DNA of 63,295 nucleotides, filler included, from Actinomycetota bacterium (GTDB lineage Bacteria; Actinomycetota; CADDZG01; JAHWKV01; JAOPZY01): NCBI GenBank assembly GCA_025963875.1. It is 6 parts of 6 records of this genome, joined end to end, with 100 filler letters (N's around TTAATTAATTAA, not from the genome) between each part and the next. Parts side by side here need not be neighbours in the genome. Positions count along the whole stretch, not along the records: positions 53,158 to 58,916 come from JAOPZY010000206.1; positions 59,017 to 63,295 come from JAOPZY010000242.1; 4 more parts are not named here. One strand, 5' to 3'. Shown piece by piece: positions 57,318 to 63,295 of this stretch (position 1 is its first letter; each line of letters starts with the position of its first letter). The notes under the pieces were generated by a model. It saw only the letters and a program-made list of their open reading frames with translations, ran no database searches and was not told where the DNA came from. The position numbers and the translations under genes were made by a program.

Positions 57318-58792
57318 CTGCCGCGAGCCCGCAGACCATCTTCGACGTGTCCGCACCGGGACGGCGTTCCTCGACCATCCCCGAGGCGGGTGTCGGGCCA
57401 GCCCCCGCCGGCGCCATCCCCGAGCGCCTGCGCCGCAGGACGCCGCCGCGGCTGCCGGAGGTGTCGGAGCTCGACCTCGTCCGCCACTACACGCGGCTCT
57501 CGCAGCGCAACTGGGCAATCGACGTCGGTCCCTACCCGCTCGGGTCCTGCACGATGAAGTACAACCCCAAGGTCAACGAGGAGACCGCCGCCCTGCCCGG
57601 CTTCCGCAACCTTCATCCGTGGCAGCCCGAGTCCCAGGTGCAGGGCGCGCTGCGCCTGCTGTGGGAGACCGAGCGGATCCTCGTGGAGCTGACCGGCATG
57701 GCGAAGGTCACGTTCCAGCCCGCGGCCGGCGCCCAGGGCGAGATGACCGGCCTGCTGATGATGCGGGCCTTCCACGCCGCCGCGGGCGACCCCCGGTCGG
57801 TGGTGCTGATCCCCGACTCGGCGCACGGCACCAACCCGGCAAGTGTGGCGCTGGCCGGGTTCAAGGTCCGCCAGATCCCCTCCGACGAGCGGGGCCTGGT
57901 CGACCTGGCAGCCCTCGAAGCGGCCCTCGACGGACAGGTCGCCGGGCTGATGCTGACCAACCCCAACACGCTGGGCCTGTTCGAGCGCGACATCGAGAAG
58001 ATCGCCGCGGCGGTGCACGCCGTCGGGGGCCTCCTCTACTTCGACGGCGCCAACCTCAACGCCATCCTCGGCAAGGTCCGCCCCGGCGACATGGGCTTCG
58101 ACATCGTGCACATCAACACCCACAAGACCTTCACGACCCCCCACGGGGGCGGCGGCCCCGGGGCGGGGCCCGTCGCCGTCACCGAGCGCCTGGCGCGCTT
58201 CCTGCCGGCCCCGGTCGTCGGCTACGACGAGGGGGAGGGTCGCTGGTTCTGGGATACGGACCGGCCCGACTCCATCGGGCGCATGCACGGTTTCCACGGC
58301 AACTTCGGGGTGCTGGTCCGGGCCTACACCTACCTGCGCTCCATCGGGGGCGAGGGCCTGGTGAAGGTGGCGGAGCGGGCCGTGCTCAACGCCAACTACC
58401 TCCGCAAGCGCATCGAGGACGCCTACCCGATGGCGCACCCGGGCTGGTGCATGCACGAGTTCGTCGCCACGGCCAGGCGCTACCGGGCGCAGGGCGTGCG
58501 GGCCATGGACATCGCCAAGCGGCTCATCGATCTCGGCTATCACCCGCCCACCGTGTACTTCCCGCTCGTCGTCGAGGAGGCCATGATGGCGGAGCCGACC
58601 GAGACGGAGTCCAGGGAGAGCCTGGACGGGCTTGCCGATGCCCTGCTGCAGATCGCGGGGGAGGCGTCGTCCGACCCGGACCTGCTGCACCGTGCCCCCG
58701 TCACCACGCCGGTCGGCCGCCTCGACGAGGCCCGGGCAGCGCGCCGGCTGCACGTGCGCTGGGAGCCGGGCGCTCCCTGGCTCTCGGAATAA
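57314..58792 (+). CDS. gcvPB: Glycine dehydrogenase subunit 2
   Basis: PLGSCTMKYNPK, SAHGTNPAS, HKTF.TPHGGGGPG (PLP Lys), EPTETES. Confidence 0.97.
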   Translation: MTAASPQTIFDVSAPGRRSSTIPEAGVGPAPAGAIPERLRRRTPPRLPEVSELDLVRHYTRLSQRNWAIDVGPYPLGSCTMKYNPKVNEETAALPGFRNLHPWQPESQVQGALRLLWETERILVELTGMAKVTFQPAAGAQGEMTGLLMMRAFHAAAGDPRSVVLIPDSAHGTNPASVALAGFKVRQIPSDERGLVDLAALEAALDGQVAGLMLTNPNTLGLFERDIEKIAAAVHAVGGLLYFDGANLNAILGKVRPGDMGFDIVHINTHKTFTTPHGGGGPGAGPVAVTERLARFLPAPVVGYDEGEGRWFWDTDRPDSIGRMHGFHGNFGVLVRAYTYLRSIGGEGLVKVAERAVLNANYLRKRIEDAYPMAHPGWCMHEFVATARRYRAQGVRAMDIAKRLIDLGYHPPTVYFPLVVEEAMMAEPTETESRESLDGLADALLQIAGEASSDPDLLHRAPVTTPVGRLDEARAARRLHVRWEPGAPWLSE

Positions 58793-58799
58793 CTAGAAT

Positions 58800-58826
58800 C
58801 CGGCCCACACGCCAAGTGCGGGCCGG
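58800..58826 (+). terminator. Possible hairpin after gcvPB
   Basis: CCGGCCCACAC-GCCAA-GTGCGGGCCGG; no U-tract. Confidence 0.45.
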
Positions 58827-58916
58827 CACCGAGCCGGTGGGGGACCCGACATGATTCCGCCGTACTCGAGGTCGACGTTCGCCCATCGCCGGCGCATCCG
58901 GCGGCTCGTGCGCACC

Positions 58917-59016
58917 NNNNNNNNNNNNNNNNNNNNNNNNNNNNNNNNNNNNNNNNNNNNTTAATTAATTAANNNNNNNNNNNNNNNNNNNNNNNNNNNN
59001 NNNNNNNNNNNNNNNN
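58917..59016. other. Artificial contig spacer
   Basis: N44-TTAATTAATTAA-N44. Confidence 0.98.
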
Positions 59017-59018
59017 CG

Positions 59019-59144
59019 CTGGGAGGGCTGATCATCGCCATGGCGGGGAAGGCGGCGATTCCCGAAATGGTGGTTGCTCTTGGGTCCGGCGCGGCGGGCG
59101 CGTTGGCTGGCCTCCTTGCGCCCTCCCCCGCAGGGCGTCAATAG
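59019..59144 (+). CDS. C-terminus of a small membrane protein
   Basis: LGGLIIAMAGKAAIPEMVVALGSGAAGALAGLLAPSPAGRQ-stop. Confidence 0.55.
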   Translation: MGGLIIAMAGKAAIPEMVVALGSGAAGALAGLLAPSPAGRQ

Positions 59145-59182
59145 GAAGCTCTCCCCACGCCGCCTGTACTAGCCAGCCGCAG

Positions 59183-59233
59183 CGAGGTTAGGTAAAAAAG
59201 TGCTGTTATAGCTGACAAAAGTACCTGACCTCG
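59183..59233. repeat. 51-bp palindromic element (12-bp arms, 27-nt core)
   Basis: CGAGGTTAGGTA and TACCTGACCTCG arms (one mismatch). Confidence 0.85.
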
Positions 59234-59239
59234 TCCGCC

Positions 59240-59842
59240 GCTTCCGACCAGGGCAACGAGCGGGTCATCGAGGTCACCCCCGACCACCGCACGGTGTGGC
59301 AGTACGGCCAGAACGGCGTGACCGGCACGGCCGAGGATCAGCTCAACAACCCCAACAGCGCCGAGCTGGCCAACGGCCACATTCTGATCGCCGACGAGAA
59401 CAACAACCGCGTGATCGAGGTGAACCGTGCCCACGAGATCGTGTGGAGCTACGGGAGCCCCAGCGATACAACCACGCTCAACGGCGCTGCCTTCGCCAGC
59501 AGGTTGGCCAACGGCGACACGCTGATCACCGACTCCAACAACAACCGTGTGGTCGAGGTCAACCACGACAAGGTCGTGGTCTGGAGCTACACGACCAACA
59601 CCCGGAAGGGCAGCATCGACCAGCCCCTTCCCACGCGGGCGGTCCGCCTCGCCAACGGCCACACCCTGATCAGCGACCAGTTCAACGACCAGGTCATCGA
59701 GGTGGACCACGAAGGCCGGATTGTGTTCAGCCAGGGCCACATCCAGGTCGACGGCGCCGGCTTCGACCAGCTCAATGCTCCCTACGACGCGAAGGTCGTC
59801 GGCGACTTCACCGGGCTCACACCGCCGCCTCCAGAAGGCTAG
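59240..59842 (+). pseudogene. NHL/PQQ-like beta-propeller repeat gene lacking its 5' part
   Basis: Four LI.D..N.RVIEV...IVW repeats; the first starts mid-repeat; in-frame TGA at 59213 with no RBS or ATG/GTG before the first repeat. Confidence 0.65.
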
Positions 59843-61164
59843 CCCCCCATTTCGTGCGCCGGCATGGTGTCGATGGTTTCCATGCTCTTGGTGAACTCCA
59901 CGTACTCGTCTTCCATCAGGGCGAGCGGGTTGAAGTCCGGGCTGGCGATGACGCCGTGCACGCGACGCCGCTGCATGCCCATGTTCCCGCCGTCGTAGAT
60001 GGGGAAGCACGCCGCTTCACGGAGGTACTTCTCGAAGAGGTGCTTCTTGTCGTAGCTGTTGACGCCCACGACCTGCATGCACTTGTAGACGGTATCGAAC
60101 ATCAACTCGGTGCAGTGGACCTTGCACATCGCCCCGATCAGCTCGGCATGGTTGTCGTGGCTGTCGAGGTAGTGTGCGGTCTTCCAGCAGAAATACCGGC
60201 ATGCTTCGATGCGGGCCCCCACGTCGCCGAGGATGTACCCCACGTTCTGGTACTGGATGATCGGCGATGGACCTCCCGCGGTGTAGGTCTTCGCCCATGC
60301 AAGGGCAGACGTGTAGGCGGCTCTGGCGACCCCCACGGCGGCGATGCCGGCCACCGGACCGGACCACGCGAAGTTGCGGTTGATGACCAGGTCACCGTTG
60401 CCCTCGGCACCCACGAGCAGGTTGTCAGCGGGCACGCGTGCGTTGTCGAAGACCACCTCTGCGTTGGCCGCCAGGCGGTGGCCCATCTTGCTGATGAACC
60501 CGTAGGTCACTCCCGGGGTCTCGCGCTCGACCACAATCGCCGAGAGTCCCTCGGTGCCGCCCCGCTCCGGGTCGGTGCGCACGATCACGGAGCTCGTGTT
60601 CGTGCCTTTCGCGTCCCAGCCGGGGCTCGAGGGCCAGTACTTCCGGCCGTTGAGTACATATTCGTCGCCGTCGCGCACGGCGATCACGCCGATACCCGCC
60701 GGCCTCGGCAAGGGAACGTCGAAGTTGGCAGTCCCGCCGGGTGTGCCCGCCGGTTCGCTGGCAGTCCAGCCGCTAAGGTACTCCCCCGTGGGGTCCGAGG
60801 TGGCCGCCGGAAGGAAGCGTTCCTTCTGCTCCTCGGAGCCGTACCAGACCACGGGCATCAGGCCGAGACCATTGCACAGGATGGTGCACGCAAAGCCGGG
60901 GTCGACGGCGCAGATTTCCTCCGCCGCCAGGACGATGTCGATGTTCGACAGTCCACCTCCCCCGTACTCCTTGGGGATCATGCACATCGCGATTCCGCTC
61001 TTGTAGGCCTCCTTGTAGGCCTCTTTGGTCAGGGCGAAACCGCGCTGCGGGTCGGGCTCGGCGTCTGCCTGGGGAACTACGGGCGCAAGGACGTTGTTGG
61101 CGAACTCCCGTACGTCCTTCTGGAGCTTCTTCTGCCCAGCCGTGGGTGAGAAGTCGATTGCCAT
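59839..61164 (-). CDS. Acyl-CoA dehydrogenase family flavoprotein, nitroalkane oxidase-like
   Basis: PKEYGGGG, SEP, GRKYWPSS.GWD, FPIYDGGNMG (Asp at the catalytic Glu position). Confidence 0.88.
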   Translation of the reverse strand: MAIDFSPTAGQKKLQKDVREFANNVLAPVVPQADAEPDPQRGFALTKEAYKEAYKSGIAMCMIPKEYGGGGLSNIDIVLAAEEICAVDPGFACTILCNGLGLMPVVWYGSEEQKERFLPAATSDPTGEYLSGWTASEPAGTPGGTANFDVPLPRPAGIGVIAVRDGDEYVLNGRKYWPSSPGWDAKGTNTSSVIVRTDPERGGTEGLSAIVVERETPGVTYGFISKMGHRLAANAEVVFDNARVPADNLLVGAEGNGDLVINRNFAWSGPVAGIAAVGVARAAYTSALAWAKTYTAGGPSPIIQYQNVGYILGDVGARIEACRYFCWKTAHYLDSHDNHAELIGAMCKVHCTELMFDTVYKCMQVVGVNSYDKKHLFEKYLREAACFPIYDGGNMGMQRRRVHGVIASPDFNPLALMEDEYVEFTKSMETIDTMPAHEMGG

Positions 61165-61475
61165 CGCTTTCAATCCCCTTTCCCGTATTCCGCCACCGGC
61201 CCGTTCTGTCGGCCGGCTGATGATGGAATGACTATGGACGGCCAAGATTTCATGGCGCTTTCGGGGATGTTTCAACCGAATTGCCTGTTCCGGAAATTCT
61301 TGTTTCCCTCATATGGAAGTGGCGCATGAGGCAAAGAGCCAACGAGGGCCCTTCGACGTTAGGGGGAAAGCCATATCGGGTACGGGGCCTGCGGGGCCTC
61401 CGCGGGTTGACCTGGCGGCCGGATCCTGCGGATGAGGGCCATGCTCAAAAACGTGCGAAAGGAGGGATAGGGGGG

Positions 61476-61580
61476 ATGGTTCTCAGGCTGATCAAGGTCG
61501 CCCTGCTAACGGGTCTGGCCGCGCTCGTCGTCCAGTCGCTTCCCGACATACGGCGATACCTGAAGATGAGAAGGATGTAA
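61476..61580 (+). CDS. Small membrane protein (34 aa)
   Basis: Hydrophobic helix then SLPDIRRYLKMRRM; purine-rich RBS. Confidence 0.6.
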   Translation: MVLRLIKVALLTGLAALVVQSLPDIRRYLKMRRM

Positions 61581-61749
61581 TCGACGGGACCATGCCCCCC
61601 GGGTTCGCCGCGCCCGTACCCTTGTTTACATGATCGTCATATCGGCTCTGTAGCCTGATTACAGGGCCAGCGTTGTACTTACTCCACGCCGCCGTACCTC
61701 GATATCCTCGGATGGGCTCGGCTCCGGCGGTTGAGAAAAGGGGTGATGC

Positions 61750-62046
61750 ATGCGACAGATCGAAGAGGGCGCGTCGTTTGAGCGGTGCCCACACTGCAGC
61801 GAGAGACCGGCGATGGGGCACCATCTGTGCCCGCTCAACCTGGAGACTGACGGCTGTACGTGCTGCGGAGCCTGTGCCAAGATCTGCTCCGATATCCGCG
61901 GTCACATTGTCTTGCACACGCCGTCGGTCTATATCGATGACGGCACCGGGGAGATGCAGGTGACCTATATCGACGACCCTGAGCCTTCGGACAGTCCACA
62001 GGAAGACGAGGACGACGACTTCGGAACCTATGGTGTGACGGCGTAG
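61750..62046 (+). CDS. Small Cys/His-rich protein with acidic tail
   Basis: CPHC..HHLCP..CTCCGAC...C; GGGGTGA RBS. Confidence 0.6.
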   Translation: MRQIEEGASFERCPHCSERPAMGHHLCPLNLETDGCTCCGACAKICSDIRGHIVLHTPSVYIDDGTGEMQVTYIDDPEPSDSPQEDEDDDFGTYGVTA

Positions 62047-62079
62047 AAGCCGAAGTCGGTCGGCAGAATCGTGCGCGCG

Positions 62080-62652
62080 ATGAGAAAGATCATCTTGATG
62101 ATGTCGGTGTCGCTTGACGGCTTCTTCGAGGGGCCGGACCACGAGCTCGATTGGGGCCTGGTCGACGACGAGCTGCACCGCCATTTCAACGAGCAGCTCG
62201 GCTCGATGGGGGCCTTCCTGGACGGGCGTGTCACCTATGAGCTGATGGCCGGATTCTGGCCGACAGCCGACCGGGACCCCTCGAGCACCGAGCCCGTGGT
62301 CGAGTTCGCCCGCATCTGGCGGGACATGCCCAAGATCGTGTACTCCAGGACCCTGGACCGGGCCGACTGGAACAGCACCGTGGTCCGCGACGTCGTCCCC
62401 GAGGAGGTCATGGAGCTCAAGGCACAGCCCGGCGGAGACATGGTCCTCGGCGGGGCCGACCTCGCCGCATCCTTCATGCGCCACGACCTGATCGACGAGT
62501 TCAGAATCTATGTCCACCCGGTCGTCATTGGACGGGGCAAGCCCCTGTTCCCCGCAGCGGACGCCAAGATCGATCTCAAGCTGGTCGAGACGCGGACCTT
62601 CGGCAACGGAGTCGTCCTCCTCCGCTACCAGCGCCCTGACGAAAAGGTGTGA
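62080..62652 (+). CDS. Dihydrofolate reductase (RibD C-terminal) family protein
   Basis: SLDGF, GRVTY, PKIVYSRTL, GGADL, LIDE, GRGKPLF. Confidence 0.92.
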   Translation: MRKIILMMSVSLDGFFEGPDHELDWGLVDDELHRHFNEQLGSMGAFLDGRVTYELMAGFWPTADRDPSSTEPVVEFARIWRDMPKIVYSRTLDRADWNSTVVRDVVPEEVMELKAQPGGDMVLGGADLAASFMRHDLIDEFRIYVHPVVIGRGKPLFPAADAKIDLKLVETRTFGNGVVLLRYQRPDEKV

Positions 62653-62653
62653 T

Positions 62654-63295
62654 TCAGCGCAGTCCGAGCGCGGCGCTCACTGCGGCACGCGGGCCTCGGC
62701 CTGCCAACGCGTCGACGTGGACGACACGACCGTCGTCCATCGTCAACAGGACGAGCGCCAGCACTCGACGACCACGCAGGGCGACGATGCCGATCCGGTC
62801 GCCGACGGGCACGTGCAACAGCGTGGGGGAGGCCGGCGGGCCGAGGTAGCGCAGGATTCCCGGAGCGACCTCGGCGGCCCCGACCGCCACGTCGGGAACG
62901 ACATCGCTGGCCCCCTCGACGGCCGGATCGAGCAACACCAGCAGACCCTCCAGATCGTCGCCCGTACAAGCCTCGATGAACCGCTCGCTGACCCGCCGGT
63001 GCAGCGCGGAGTCCACGGGGAACCGGCCGCTCGCCGACTCGGCCTTCAGGGTCCGACGGGCGCGGCTGGCCAGTTGACGGCACGCGGCCGGGCTCCGTCC
63101 GACGACGGTCGCGACTTCCTCGAACGAGTACTGGAACACGTCGTGCAGCACGAACGACGTCCGCTCCGCCGGACTCAGGCGCTCCAGGAGGGCATGCATC
63201 GCCATGCTGACGTTGTCGACGAGTGCCACCTGGTTCGAGGGATCGGGTGCGTGCGGGTCGAAGGGATCGTCGACGAGGTCCAGCCCATCGGTCGG
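62654..63295 (-). CDS. ECF41/SigJ-type sigma factor with SnoaL-like C-terminus, 5'-truncated
   Basis: LERLSPAER.SFVLHDVF, ACRQLASRAR, GDDLEGLL.LLDP. Confidence 0.88.
   Translation of the reverse strand, partial: PTDGLDLVDDPFDPHAPDPSNQVALVDNVSMAMHALLERLSPAERTSFVLHDVFQYSFEEVATVVGRSPAACRQLASRARRTLKAESASGRFPVDSALHRRVSERFIEACTGDDLEGLLVLLDPAVEGASDVVPDVAVGAAEVAPGILRYLGPPASPTLLHVPVGDRIGIVALRGRRVLALVLLTMDDGRVVHVDALAGRGPRAAVSAALGLR

Noticed and set aside
4429..59016. Repeated TTAATTAATTAA flanked by Ns as a biological repeat, and gene linkage across the gaps
   Set aside because: Five identical 100-nt spacers with stops in all frames; genes are cut at them, so they are contig joins
1..63295. tRNA, rRNA, transposase, integrase or prophage genes
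   Set aside because: None recognised in the ORFs or intergenic regions

Overview
High-GC actinobacterial DNA. The dcw cluster has divIVA and sepF but no ftsA, murB sits inside it, gcvP is split into gcvPA/gcvPB, and GYWLVASDGG-type repeats occur; together these suggest a deep-branching, Acidimicrobiia-like lineage (inference). The window is six contigs joined by artificial 100-nt spacers (N44-TTAATTAATTAA-N44), so adjacency across spacers means nothing. Contig A (1-4428): MFS transporter, Zn-dependent dehydrogenase, SDR. Contig B (4529-29509): complete mraZ-to-divIVA cluster with readable promoters and operators, a CHAP protein, an XRE/Zn-finger pair and part of valS. Contig C (29610-39687): phosphoesterase, a Mg2+-type NRAMP operon behind a Pro-codon leader peptide, ABC transporter, ppa. 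Contig D (39788-53057): an island pairing a signal-less MACPF protein and glycosyltransferase with an isocyanide synthase and Fe/2OG oxidase, plus a two-component system. Contig E (53158-58916): a mauF/mauE-like operon ending in a Tat-type 22-Cys protein fused to six propeller-like repeats, then gcvPA/PB. Contig F (59017-63295): truncated propeller gene, nitroalkane-oxidase-like flavoprotein, small proteins, DHFR-family protein, ECF41 sigma factor. Best candidates for undescribed systems: the MACPF/GT/isonitrile island, the mau-like operon, a dispersed family of about 50-bp palindromes, and the Mg2+ leader peptide. All calls come from motif reading only; no searches were run.
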